A stretch of 64,000 bases of DNA from an uncultured Candidatus Saccharibacteria bacterium. Its GTDB lineage: Bacteria; Patescibacteriota; Minisyncoccia; Phycocordibacterales; UBA918. This document shows, piece after piece, positions 44,818 through 54,048 of this stretch. Position numbers and translations under genes: made by a program. Positions within the stretch are counted from its first letter, which is position 1; the number at the start of each line of letters is the position of its first letter. Location: contig CAYGTV010000001.1 of NCBI GenBank assembly GCA_964353135.1, forward strand, positions 151,138 to 215,137, in the 5' to 3' direction. The notes under the pieces are model-generated. The model saw only the letters and a list, made by a program, of their open reading frames with translations, was not told where the DNA came from and did no database searches.

Positions 44818-45141
44818 TCAACCGTTTCTCTTTCCGGTTGTTGAGTAATAACCAAACTCAACAAACCTGATTGTGGGTTCCTTGTCGGCAAAGTACATGA
44901 CCATACGAGCGGTATCGTTGTCGACAATACCGTTTTCAATACGAATGCATAGAAATGCTAGCTGCGCGCTCTGGTCAATAGAGCTGTGGTCTGAGTGCCT
45001 TGAGCAACTGTACCCAGGCATCGCACTTTGGCGGAGATGTTCCGCGGCGTCGTACCCGCTGGGTGGGTTATCCGCAATGTTTGCAGTTGGGAAGAACAGA
45101 AGGGTTGCTACACCCAGGACGAGTAGTCTGTTTGTGCGCAT
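44818..45141 (-). CDS. small secreted protein (107 aa) with a signal peptide
   Basis: Strong SD AAGGAGGA 5 nt upstream of the ATG. The N-terminus MRTNRLLVLGVATLLFFPTANIA looks like a signal sequence. Confidence 0.5.
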   Translation of the reverse strand: MRTNRLLVLGVATLLFFPTANIADNPPSGYDAAEHLRQSAMPGYSCSRHSDHSSIDQSAQLAFLCIRIENGIVDNDTARMVMYFADKEPTIRFVEFGYYSTTGKRNG

Positions 45142-45199
45142 AGTATCCTCCTTGATCTGGCGCTATAAAAATATAATAGCGTAAAAACAAGATCAGGCA

Positions 45200-45234
45200 A
45201 AGAAAAACGCCCCAGCTGCTGCCGGGGCGTTTTG
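45200..45234 (-). terminator. intrinsic terminator ACGCCCCAGC-TGCT-GCCGGGGCGT followed by a T-tract on the minus strand
   Basis: Downstream of the gene at 45254..45703. Confidence 0.6.
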
Positions 45235-45253
45235 ATGCTCGTCTTCTTATAAA

Positions 45254-45703
45254 TCAGTACATCTGAGCACCTAGGGCTGCGCGGAGTTCCGAGACGTCGA
45301 TGCCAGGCCCTATGATCAGCAGGATCGGTTCGTCGTCTACTTCTGCCAGCTGCCAATCACCGTATATAGTGAGAACCTTTTTCCCTTCAATCTGTTTGAA
45401 GGTTTCGCGGATGTGTTTGTGGAAAGCCTGTGTGACAGCCTTTCCCTCATTTTCGTTGCGCTGTTTTTCTGCAAGCAGCGCTTGGTTTTGCTGGTCGCCG
45501 CGAAGTTTTTCACAGATACTGTCAAATTCGCACCGAAGTTCATGCAAAAGCAGCAGAAGATGACAACCTCCCGGAGGGGTCTGGCCGACAGATTCAGTAG
45601 CTCCCTGGGCTGCTACTTGTGACAAAAAGTCGGGGACGTCTGGACGTTTTGTCTGTGCAAGAGCAGCAGCGATGCGGGTTTCAATGTCTGTTGGTGCGTT
45701 CAT
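45254..45703 (-). CDS. hypothetical protein (149 aa)
   Basis: SD AGGAGGA 8 nt upstream. No recognisable motif. Confidence 0.5.
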   Translation of the reverse strand: MNAPTDIETRIAAALAQTKRPDVPDFLSQVAAQGATESVGQTPPGGCHLLLLLHELRCEFDSICEKLRGDQQNQALLAEKQRNENEGKAVTQAFHKHIRETFKQIEGKKVLTIYGDWQLAEVDDEPILLIIGPGIDVSELRAALGAQMY

Positions 45704-45795
45704 GTGTTTTTCCTCCTGTCATGAATGCGAAAAAGAACTGCCGCCTAAAATACAATAAAAAATTTTTAAAGTCAATATTTCTATATCGTGTTAGA

Positions 45796-47514
45796 ATGCT
45801 TCCACTTATGACTCAAGACCGGGCGTTGGATATTCTCAAGACAGGCGCAAATGTATTTCTGACCGGGGAACCGGGGGCGGGAAAAACCTACGTGATCAAC
45901 CAGTACATCAACTACCTGGAAGCGGCTGGACTGTCGGTCGCGGTGACTGCGTCAACCGGAATTGCTGCCACCCACATCGGAGGGATGACGATTCACTCTT
46001 GGAGTGGGGTAGGGATCAAGGATTATTTGTCACCGGCGGACCTCGATGCAATTGCTGGTAGGGAAAAGGTGGTCAAGCGGGTGAAAGCCGCGCAGGTGTT
46101 AGTGATCGACGAGATTTCGATGCTTGATGGGAAAATCCTCAACTCTGTCAACAAGATCCTTAAGACAATCCGCAACAGCGAAGAGCCATTTGGTGGCATC
46201 CAGGTGGTCTGCATTGGGGACTTTTTCCAGCTGCCACCAGTGACCAGGCAGGGCGACATCATGACCTACGCCTTTATGAGTGAAGCGTGGTTGGCGCTCA
46301 AGCCACTGATTTGCTATTTGTCCGAGCAGCATCGACAAGAAGACGAGATTTTTCTCGGGCTACTCAACTCGATCCGCCGCAACGAGATCGAAGAAGATCA
46401 CTACACTCTGCTGGAAGAACAAAAAGAAATCGCGTACGAAGATATCGAACCAACTAGGCTCTATACTCACAACGCCGACGTTGATGCGGTGAACAACGCA
46501 AAACTAGCGGAGCTGCCCGGGCCGATTCGTAAATTCCAGATGGAAGGCAAGGGGAGTAAACCGTTGGTAGAAGGGTTGGTGAAAAACTGTCTCTCGCCGC
46601 AGATGTTGGAATTAAAAGAAGACGCGATGGTGATGTGTACCAAAAACAACTTTGAAGTTGGATACGTAAACGGTACGTTGGCGCGGGTAGTGCGGTTTGA
46701 TGACGGCCAGCCAGTAATCGAAACCACCGATGGTAAAGAAATCACCATGCAAACCACTACCTGGGAAATTGCTGAAGATAATAAAGTCCTAGCCAGTATC
46801 GAACAGTTGCCGCTACGGCTCGCCTGGGCGATTACCGTCCACAAAAGTCAGGGAATGTCGCTCGATGCGGCCGAGATTGATTTGAGTAAAGCATTTGTGT
46901 ATGGGCAAGGGTATGTTGCGTTGTCGCGGGTGCGGTCGCTGGCTGGTCTCAAGGTGTTGGGGATGCACCCAAACGCGTTGCAGGTTGACCCGCTCGTGGT
47001 CGCAGCAGACGTGCGGTTTCGAGCCTTAACCGAAGAAGCTGACGATGCGTTTGAGCAAATGGAAGACGAGGAAGTAAATGAAATGCACGAGCGTTTCATT
47101 GTGGCTCATGGCGGAAAGGTGCCAACCGAAGATGATTTAAAAAAGTCGCATAAGACTAAGGTGGCTAAAGCAAAAACCGATACCTATACGCTCACCAAAG
47201 AATTATTGCTCGAAGAACGAGACATTGCTGATATAGCCAACCTGCGCGATATGACCGAAGCTACCGTCTGGAGTCATGTCGAAAAACTCGTGAGTGATGG
47301 GGTAGTAACGGCTGATCAGATTGTGCATCTAGAACCAACCGGCTGGAGCGAAGCACGTCCAGTTTTATATAAAGCCATCGAGGCGTGTGGGACTGAAAAA
47401 CTGAAACCAATTTTCGAGGCGTGCGATGAGGAGTATGACTACAACCTAGTCCGTCTGGCTCGGATGCAGTGGTTGTTGGAAAATGGAGGAGGTGGGGAAG
47501 ATCAACCGTTTTAA
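45796..47514 (+). CDS. Pif1-family (RecD-like SF1B) DNA helicase with a C-terminal helical extension
   Basis: Motif I GEPGAGKTY, Ia TASTGIAA, II VIDEISML and the Pif1 signature FGGIQVVCIGDFFQLPPV. The start is ATG 45796 or 45808. The ORF track begins upstream at 45619, but that start would overlap the minus-strand gene at 45254..45703. Confidence 0.8.
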   Translation: MLPLMTQDRALDILKTGANVFLTGEPGAGKTYVINQYINYLEAAGLSVAVTASTGIAATHIGGMTIHSWSGVGIKDYLSPADLDAIAGREKVVKRVKAAQVLVIDEISMLDGKILNSVNKILKTIRNSEEPFGGIQVVCIGDFFQLPPVTRQGDIMTYAFMSEAWLALKPLICYLSEQHRQEDEIFLGLLNSIRRNEIEEDHYTLLEEQKEIAYEDIEPTRLYTHNADVDAVNNAKLAELPGPIRKFQMEGKGSKPLVEGLVKNCLSPQMLELKEDAMVMCTKNNFEVGYVNGTLARVVRFDDGQPVIETTDGKEITMQTTTWEIAEDNKVLASIEQLPLRLAWAITVHKSQGMSLDAAEIDLSKAFVYGQGYVALSRVRSLAGLKVLGMHPNALQVDPLVVAADVRFRALTEEADDAFEQMEDEEVNEMHERFIVAHGGKVPTEDDLKKSHKTKVAKAKTDTYTLTKELLLEERDIADIANLRDMTEATVWSHVEKLVSDGVVTADQIVHLEPTGWSEARPVLYKAIEACGTEKLKPIFEACDEEYDYNLVRLARMQWLLENGGGGEDQPF

Positions 47515-47633
47515 AAAAGACTGAGGCATCGCTTTCTTCAGACGCGAGTCAAGCTCTATACTCAAAATGAATAAAGATTCATTTCTCCGTAATGTCTTCA
47601 GAAAGCAATGCAGCAGTCCTTTTGGGCAAAATT

Positions 47634-47660
47634 TCGGGCGGCCCACTGGGCCGCCCGTTT
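47634..47660. terminator. palindromic hairpin CGGGCGGCCCA-C-TGGGCCGCCCG between convergent genes
   Basis: Perfect 11-bp inverted repeat with a weak T-tract. Confidence 0.45.
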
Positions 47661-47661
47661 G

Positions 47662-48051
47662 TCATTGATTACCACTTCTGGGATTGAGCTGAGTTACTTC
47701 GTTGTGGATCCAGACCTCGCCGATTTGTTCCGTGCCTGCTGACGGGTCAGGATATAGACCCTCTAGAGCAAAAATACTGATTTCGTTTACGAGTGTCATG
47801 CAAATGTGGGAAAAGTCTTCAACATTTACAACACTTTCGGTTCCTCGCCATTCTCCTCGTGCGCTTCGTACGGCAACTAGTGAGAAGATGTACTGGTAAT
47901 AGGACTGGCTCCAATTGATTTTACCGATGAATGTAAACTTCAGGCATTTGATTTCGTACTCTTGACCTTCGAAAGCAGCTTCACCCTCATGAGGTGGTCG
48001 GTTATGAAGCCATGCGTCCAGCACGTCTTCTGGTATTTGTTCTTGATGCAT
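47662..48051 (-). CDS. hypothetical protein (129 aa)
   Basis: SD GGAGGA 4 nt upstream of the ATG at 48051. The ORF-track start at 48102 is probably too far upstream. Confidence 0.5.
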   Translation of the reverse strand: MHQEQIPEDVLDAWLHNRPPHEGEAAFEGQEYEIKCLKFTFIGKINWSQSYYQYIFSLVAVRSARGEWRGTESVVNVEDFSHICMTLVNEISIFALEGLYPDPSAGTEQIGEVWIHNEVTQLNPRSGNQ

Positions 48052-48118
48052 GACATCCTCCTCTGCGCAGACAATATATAAAAACTGATTTCTAGTCAAC
48101 AAATGCTACAATCGACAG

Positions 48119-48532
48119 ATGTTTTTACGGCGGCGAGTACGAATAGTTAAACGACGGCGGACTGGGCGCACCGTCACACTGGCTGAAAAGAATCATTACG
48201 CTGCGCACAAAGAAGCAGCTCGGACTCTGTGTCAGGCGCGACTTGAACATTTCAATCAGCATTACAATCTGCAGTACAACCGACTCTCAATCAAAAATAC
48301 CCGTAGTCGGTGGGGGAGTTGCTCATCAAAAAAGAATCTCAATTTTAACTATCGGATAGTGTTCCTGCCGGCCGAACTGCAGGATTATTTGATTGTGCAC
48401 GAACTGTGTCACCTACAAGAAATGAATCATGCTAAGCAATTTTGGGACCTGGTAGCAGAGCAAGTACCTGACTATGTAGAACGTATTAAGCAACTACGCT
48501 CAGTGGAATCAGAGGTGATGCAGTTGAAATAA
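48119..48532 (+). CDS. DUF45/YgjP-like (WLM/M48-like) zinc metallopeptidase
   Basis: RSRWGSCSSKKNLNFNYRIVFLP and HELCHLQEMNHAKQFW with an HExxH motif. Confidence 0.6.
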   Translation: MFLRRRVRIVKRRRTGRTVTLAEKNHYAAHKEAARTLCQARLEHFNQHYNLQYNRLSIKNTRSRWGSCSSKKNLNFNYRIVFLPAELQDYLIVHELCHLQEMNHAKQFWDLVAEQVPDYVERIKQLRSVESEVMQLK

Positions 48533-48580
48533 ACTGTGTTTGCATGTGTACTAGTAGGTAATTAGTGTAATTAACTGCGT

Positions 48581-49897
48581 ATGGAATTTTTGAGTGGATT
48601 ATTGATGGTAATTAGTGGCTGGTTTGGGCTTGGTGCTGCTCAAGTAGACGAGATACCGATTGAACCAGCTGGTATGGTGGAAGAGGTTGCACAAGCTGTT
48701 GAACCAGAAATAGTCGAGCAATCTGCTGATACCACAGCCGCTCCAGCTGCGGCAGAGGGCGAGTCAGTAGTAGAACAATCCTCACCAGTGGAACAAATTA
48801 ACGAGAGTGAGTCAGCACCAGCTGACGCGATGGTCGCTTCTAGTCAGCCAGCTGTGCTGCCGGCTGACATTCGAACGATGATCGTTGCTGGGGGATGTTT
48901 CTGGTGTGTCGAGGCTGACCTAGAGAAAACCCCTGGTGTGATCGAAGTTGTCTCGGGCTACGGTGGAGGCACCACTGACAACCCAACGTACCGTAACTAT
49001 GGGAGTGGCGGGCATCGTGAGGTAGTGGAGGTTACCTACGACGCGAACCAGATTTCGTTTGAAGACATTTTGATTGTGACGCTCAAAACCACTGACCCGA
49101 CTGATGATGATGGAACGTTTAATGACCGTGGAGACAAATACTCATCCGCCTTTTACTACGAAACCGCAGCCCAAAAGACCATCATTGAAAACCTGATTGC
49201 AGAAGTTGATGCTAATGGTCCATATGACGCTCCACTCGCGATTGATGTGGAAGAGCGTCCACAGTTCTGGGTAGCCGAAGACAATCATCAGGATTACTAC
49301 AAAGGGGCATTGACCCAATTAAAATACCAATTTTACCGTAACGGCTCTGGACGCACTGCGTTTATTCAAAAGCACTGGGGGTCGGACACCAGTCCAAACC
49401 TACCGTGGCGAAATGAAACTAAAAACACAACTATGAATGACAACACCTATCCTTGGAGTAATTACTCAAAACCAGACAAAGAAACTTTGCGAACCACTAT
49501 GGACCCACTAGCATTTAAAGTGACACAAGAAGATGGAACGGAACGAGCGGGCACTAGTCCTTTGGATAAAATCTATGAGCCAGGGATTTACGTAGATGTG
49601 CTTTCTGGTGAACCTTTGTTTTCATCAAAGGATAAATTTGATTCGGGGACTGGTTGGCCATCGTTTGTAGCACCGATTACACCAGATGCCGTCACAGCCC
49701 ACGAGGACCGAAAACTGTTTAGTGTGAGGACTGAAACTCGTTCAGCCATCGCTGACAACCACCTCGGGCACGTGTTCAACGACGGTCCAGCTGATCGCGG
49801 GGGACTACGATACTGTATGAACGGTGTGGCGCTGCGGTTTGTTCCCGAAGCTGATATGGAAGTGGAGGGGTATGGAGACTTTATTCAGTATTTGTAG
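48581..49897 (+). CDS. msrAB: bifunctional peptide methionine sulfoxide reductase MsrA/MsrB with an N-terminal TM anchor and linker
   Basis: MsrA active site GGCFWCVE and MsrB RYCMNGVAL with CxxC pairs. Confidence 0.9.
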   Translation: MEFLSGLLMVISGWFGLGAAQVDEIPIEPAGMVEEVAQAVEPEIVEQSADTTAAPAAAEGESVVEQSSPVEQINESESAPADAMVASSQPAVLPADIRTMIVAGGCFWCVEADLEKTPGVIEVVSGYGGGTTDNPTYRNYGSGGHREVVEVTYDANQISFEDILIVTLKTTDPTDDDGTFNDRGDKYSSAFYYETAAQKTIIENLIAEVDANGPYDAPLAIDVEERPQFWVAEDNHQDYYKGALTQLKYQFYRNGSGRTAFIQKHWGSDTSPNLPWRNETKNTTMNDNTYPWSNYSKPDKETLRTTMDPLAFKVTQEDGTERAGTSPLDKIYEPGIYVDVLSGEPLFSSKDKFDSGTGWPSFVAPITPDAVTAHEDRKLFSVRTETRSAIADNHLGHVFNDGPADRGGLRYCMNGVALRFVPEADMEVEGYGDFIQYL

Positions 49898-49911
49898 AAA
49901 AGACAGAAGAT

Positions 49912-49943
49912 GGCCGGCGCTTTTGGGCGCCGGCCGTTTTTTT
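49912..49943. terminator. bidirectional terminator GGCCGGCGC-TTTTG-GCGCCGGCC followed by T7
   Basis: 9-bp GC stem after msrAB. Confidence 0.7.
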
Positions 49944-50209
49944 ATTCCAGTACCGCTCGGTAGTTTTGTCTAGCTAGCCAAGCAAACAGCGGAATGCAGA
50001 CAGTCACAGTAATACCTGTTACAACTGTCAAATTGCTTACGTTGGTTATGGTGTGAAGTGTAAGGATTACACAGCTTACGAACCACAACAAGAACAAAAA
50101 GAGTTGGATATTTCGGACAAATGCTGACAATTTCGATACCTCCCCATAAATATAATCATACTATAACCCAGTTGTACTGTAGGAAAAAAGTTGGTGAACA
50201 GGTTATACT

Positions 50210-51166
50210 GTGCGTTATATGGAATTAACTCTTTTGGTGCAATCATTGGTAATTTTAGCTGGATCACTATTTGTGTTGGTCCGTGGAGCAGATTTATTTG
50301 TTGATGGAGCAAAACAAGTAGGGGCAGCGTTTGGAATGAGTAGCTTTGCAATCGGAGTGTTGATCGTGGGTCTAGGGACATCTGTACCCGAGTTGGCTTC
50401 ATCACTCGCTGCCGTAATGAACGGCACCACAGAGATCGTGATTGCCAACGTAGTTGGTTCAAACATTACCAACATTCTTTTGATTGTGGGAGTTCTGGCA
50501 CTAATGGGAGGTCCAATTATGGTTGGTAGAAACCTACTGACCACAGAACTACCGATTTTCTTCATCGCTACAGTTCATTTTGTAGCTAGTATGTATGACG
50601 GGGTAATTGACCAAGTTGAAGCCTTGCTGCTGGTTGGTACCCTGGTTGCTTATGTCTGGTATCTGCTATCATCCTCAGAACGCACTGAGCTTAGCGAAGA
50701 TGTTGAAGAACGAATGGGGGTGCAGATTAAATCAGTGGTATTTATTTTACTTGGTCTGACGGCTGTGCTGCTTGGTGCAAACTACACAGTTGAATCAGCA
50801 ATTACGATTGCGACTGGTCTGGCAGTACCAATCGGTTTGGTTTCGATTGCGGCTATTGCGATTGGTACGTCGTTACCAGAACTATTTGTTTCAATCCAGG
50901 CGGTTCGTAACAATGAAACTGATCTGGCGATTGGAAACATCTTTGGGTCCAACGCATTTAATATTTTAATGGTAGTTGGTATTCCTGGTCTGATTACGCC
51001 ACTAGTGGCTGATGTTGTGGTGATGGAGCTTGGTCTACTAATCCTTGTAGCATCCTCACTGATTCTGTTTGTAACTGGCCTAGCGCGCCAGATCCAAAAA
51101 TGGGAAGGAGTCATGATGCTACTCTTTTTCGCTTTCTTCTTGGTTAAATTGGTTGAATTTATTTAG
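50210..51166 (+). CDS. yrbG: Ca2+/cation antiporter (CaCA family, YrbG-like)
   Basis: Two alpha-repeats: [10 protein letters not shown]...[13 protein letters not shown] and [10 protein letters not shown]...[16 protein letters not shown]. Confidence 0.8.
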   Translation: MRYMELTLLVQSLVILAGSLFVLVRGADLFVDGAKQVGAAFGMSSFAIGVLIVGLGTSVPELASSLAAVMNGTTEIVIANVVGSNITNILLIVGVLALMGGPIMVGRNLLTTELPIFFIATVHFVASMYDGVIDQVEALLLVGTLVAYVWYLLSSSERTELSEDVEERMGVQIKSVVFILLGLTAVLLGANYTVESAITIATGLAVPIGLVSIAAIAIGTSLPELFVSIQAVRNNETDLAIGNIFGSNAFNILMVVGIPGLITPLVADVVVMELGLLILVASSLILFVTGLARQIQKWEGVMMLLFFAFFLVKLVEFI

Positions 51167-51168
51167 AA

Positions 51169-51873
51169 ATGATCGACTGGGAACAAGAATTGTTACTAAT
51201 CGATAAGCCAAAAGGAATCACCTCGTTTGATGTGATTCGCCGGCTGCGTCGGATGTATAGTGATACACACGGTGGAGAGAAAGCACCCAAACTTGGTCAT
51301 GCCGGGACGCTCGATCCACTCGCGACAGGTTTGATGTTGCTCGGCGTCGGCCAGGGGACCAAGAAACTAGGCGAGCTGATCAAGTTGGACAAAGAGTATA
51401 TAGCTGAAGTTCGGTTTGGTGAGACCAGGACAACTGGGGATTTGGAGGGTGAGATAATCGATGAGTGTGAGGTCATGGATACAGCTGATACTCTAGCAGC
51501 AAAGATTGCAAAGGTGTTGCCGTCAATGACTGGTACACATACCCTCCCGGTGTCTGCCTATAGTGCGATCAAGGTGGACGGTATTCCCATGTATAAAAGA
51601 GCCCGCAAAGCAGAGGTAACTGGTGATACAGTGATCAACATTCCGGTTCGTGAAATGACCGTGCATGAGGTAGAGCTGGTGGACGTTAGTGTGGGTGAAC
51701 ATCGTGGAGTGGCGACGATCCGGTTCCGTGTCGCATCAGGAACTTATATCCGATCATTGGCTGAAGAGTTGGGTAGAAAGCTGGGTTACCCAGCTACGCT
51801 CCAAAACCTACGCCGGACACAAGTAGGAGAGTTTCGAATCGAGGATGCGCATAAATTACAAGCCAAAAAATAA
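51169..51873 (+). CDS. truB: tRNA pseudouridine(55) synthase TruB
   Basis: LIDKPKGITSFDV and HAGTLDPLATGLMLLGVG, including the catalytic Asp. Confidence 0.9.
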   Translation: MIDWEQELLLIDKPKGITSFDVIRRLRRMYSDTHGGEKAPKLGHAGTLDPLATGLMLLGVGQGTKKLGELIKLDKEYIAEVRFGETRTTGDLEGEIIDECEVMDTADTLAAKIAKVLPSMTGTHTLPVSAYSAIKVDGIPMYKRARKAEVTGDTVINIPVREMTVHEVELVDVSVGEHRGVATIRFRVASGTYIRSLAEELGRKLGYPATLQNLRRTQVGEFRIEDAHKLQAKK

Positions 51874-51887
51874 TCGTTGAGACAAGT

Positions 51888-51925
51888 GAAAAGGCCGCCG
51901 GTGTAAAACCTGGCGGCCTCTTTGT
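51888..51925. terminator. bidirectional terminator GGCCGCCGG-N7-CCTGGCGGCC
   Basis: Between truB and the convergent small genes. Confidence 0.5.
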
Positions 51926-52227
51926 CAGCGCTCTTGGCGCTGTAGTTTGTACTGAAGGAACTCCGGTTTGACGACAAGTCTACCGATTTCTTCATGAGCT
52001 GATACCAAGCTTGCCAACACACCGCGCGTCTCTGGGATGTCTCCCCAAAGGTACAGATGCGTGTCAACCTTTGCACGTGTTATGCCATCATACTCATCAA
52101 CCCGTTGTTCAGCCAAAAACTCGTTTATTTCTGGGGTGTCAAATGCAACCCAGACTGTAAGCCTTTGCGGTGCGTGGTTGTCGTTAGCTGGACAAACGAA
52201 GGACTTTCTAGTTGCGTAAGTCGTCAT
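51925..52227 (-). CDS. hypothetical protein (100 aa)
   Basis: ORF overlapping the upstream gene by 4 nt (ATGA coupling). Confidence 0.4.
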   Translation of the reverse strand: MTTYATRKSFVCPANDNHAPQRLTVWVAFDTPEINEFLAEQRVDEYDGITRAKVDTHLYLWGDIPETRGVLASLVSAHEEIGRLVVKPEFLQYKLQRQER

Positions 52228-52493
52228 CCAAGCATCAGAATGCCGGCAGCGTCGATCGCTCTTTGCAGCTTTAGTTCAGCCGGCTTGTCGATGATGACTC
52301 CGTCTTTTGATCCAATTTTCACCAGACAGACTTCACTACCTTCACGGTCGCAGTCGAGCCAGGTGAAGCCAGACTCTTCAACTTCTTGTCGCATTGTAGC
52401 CATTGTTTGCATGTTGACAATGTCGTTTACTCGAACTTCGAGCACTGTGGTAGGGTGCTCACCTTGTGTGAGCAGTGTTGCCATTGGTTGCAT
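52224..52493 (-). CDS. hypothetical protein (89 aa)
   Basis: ORF translationally coupled to the 100-aa gene. Confidence 0.4.
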   Translation of the reverse strand: MQPMATLLTQGEHPTTVLEVRVNDIVNMQTMATMRQEVEESGFTWLDCDREGSEVCLVKIGSKDGVIIDKPAELKLQRAIDAAGILMLG

Positions 52494-52613
52494 TTTTCAA
52501 ATCCTTGTTGCTCTGTGCGCCTCTCGCACATTTATATAAAAACACATATTTTATGCTATGTAAAGAAAAAGGCTCACGAGTGAGCCAGTATTTCTTCGTA
52601 GCAATATGTTTGA

Positions 52614-52982
52614 TTAGTCCTGAGAAAGATGAGAAAGCAAAGCCGCTGCACACTGTTGAAGCAAATCGTCTTCGATTTGCTTCATTGTTGCGTCTTGGGG
52701 GTCAAGTTCTGACACTTTTGGTTCCGAAAAGGGATCGACTATTGTATTGTCGTCACGTTGGTGCAGAAGAATTAACTTCAGTCCAGCACTAGTGAAGACG
52801 TAGCGATCTGTAACGTTATCCTCTCGTTCTTTTGTGCAACTGAAACCAGGTGGTAGTCCTGTTAGCTCGACAGGACCAAATACACTGCGTTCTGCGGTTG
52901 CTTCAAGCGCTGCAATTACTTCTTCGAAGCGCTCAACTTCTTCTCTTGGACTAGCAAACTTTGACAGTTCTTCATGTTTCAT
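52614..52982 (-). CDS. hypothetical protein (122 aa)
   Basis: ORF with no recognisable motif. Confidence 0.35.
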   Translation of the reverse strand: MKHEELSKFASPREEVERFEEVIAALEATAERSVFGPVELTGLPPGFSCTKEREDNVTDRYVFTSAGLKLILLHQRDDNTIVDPFSEPKVSELDPQDATMKQIEDDLLQQCAAALLSHLSQD

Positions 52983-53002
52983 AGCATTACCTCATGATTA
53001 CA

Positions 53003-53458
53003 TTAGGAAAAAGTTGCCTCCACAGCCATTTTAACAACAGATCCATCCGCTTGTCCAGCTAGTTCTTTCATAACTGCACCAACGAGTATACCCATCTTGC
53101 TTTTGTCCTGGATTCCTAGTTCAGCTTTTTTAGCCTCCACGATTGGTGTGATTTCCGCAAGTGACATGAGAGTAGGGAGGTAGGTTTCGAGTACAGCCAG
53201 TTCTTCTTTTTCTGGGGCAGCGAGTTCATCACGCCCGGCTGCTTCGTACTGGGTGATGGATTCCTTGCGTTGCTTGGCCGCACGCTTAATAACCGCCAAG
53301 GTTTCCTCGTCAGTCAGGATGTCCTGCGGTGTTCGTCCGGTTGCTACCATCTCATTCATGAACATAGTAAGTAGGCCGCGTACTACGCGTAGTCGCACTG
53401 CTTCCTTGGCTTTCATAGCTTCTTTTAATTCTCCTTTAATACTTTCGTGTAGAGACAT
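53003..53458 (-). CDS. yqeY: GatB/YqeY-domain protein
   Basis: The sequence has the helical YqeY fold. The likely start is MSLHESIK at 53458. Confidence 0.7.
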   Translation of the reverse strand: MSLHESIKGELKEAMKAKEAVRLRVVRGLLTMFMNEMVATGRTPQDILTDEETLAVIKRAAKQRKESITQYEAAGRDELAAPEKEELAVLETYLPTLMSLAEITPIVEAKKAELGIQDKSKMGILVGAVMKELAGQADGSVVKMAVEATFS

Positions 53459-53516
53459 ATATAAATATTTATAAGTATAGTATAGCAAATCCCGGCCAGT
53501 TTGGCCGGGACGCCCT

Positions 53517-53915
53517 TTATAGTTTACTGATGATTTCTCGCATCATCTGTCGAATGTCGCGGCAACCGCATTCACATACCGACGTGGACTTAATTGAGAT
53601 TCTCAAAATGTCATTCTTTCGCCAGACTCTACCAGTAACCAGATCTTTGCAGTCATGAGTCTGGATGGCTTGTTCCACGGCAGTTTTCTCAGTATCGCTT
53701 AACTGTCGATTGAAGTAAGTGACCACGATGTTTCCACGTGTCCCTTCGACTGTCGACCGTTCAATTGCAAGTGCTGTAGAAAGCGGATTAATCCGTGGAG
53801 CCGTTATCGGCTTTACGGATCTGGGTTTTTTGACTGTTTCAACTATTACGTGGCTTGTTTTTCCTGTTCGAATATTTCCGCCATTGTGTATGGCAACCAT
53901 TGTCGGTTTTTTCAC
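53517..53915 (-). CDS. hypothetical protein with a C-terminal CECGC motif
   Basis: ORF with a Cys cluster. Confidence 0.35.
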   Translation of the reverse strand: MKKPTMVAIHNGGNIRTGKTSHVIVETVKKPRSVKPITAPRINPLSTALAIERSTVEGTRGNIVVTYFNRQLSDTEKTAVEQAIQTHDCKDLVTGRVWRKNDILRISIKSTSVCECGCRDIRQMMREIISKL

Positions 53916-54048
53916 GCTGCTCTCCCTCGTTGGTGTTGCATTTTGGAACTGTATCGTTTTTGCTTTTCAGCTCCGCTAATAAATGTACGCCGCCGATCAC
54001 GACTGTCAAATGACTAACCTGTGCATAGCGTGATAAAATGGCTGGCAT

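Noticed and set aside
44178-44870. 230-aa plus-strand ORF
   Set aside because: It is antisense to the well-supported FAD oxidase gene and has no RBS. The short ORFs inside 43572..44196 are similarly antisense.
45619-45795. Upstream extension of the Pif1 ORF (ORF track starts at 45619)
   Set aside because: The extension overlaps the minus-strand gene 45254..45703 and its composition is not protein-like. Conserved helicase sequence begins after the ATG at 45796 or 45808, next to a TAGAAT -10 box.
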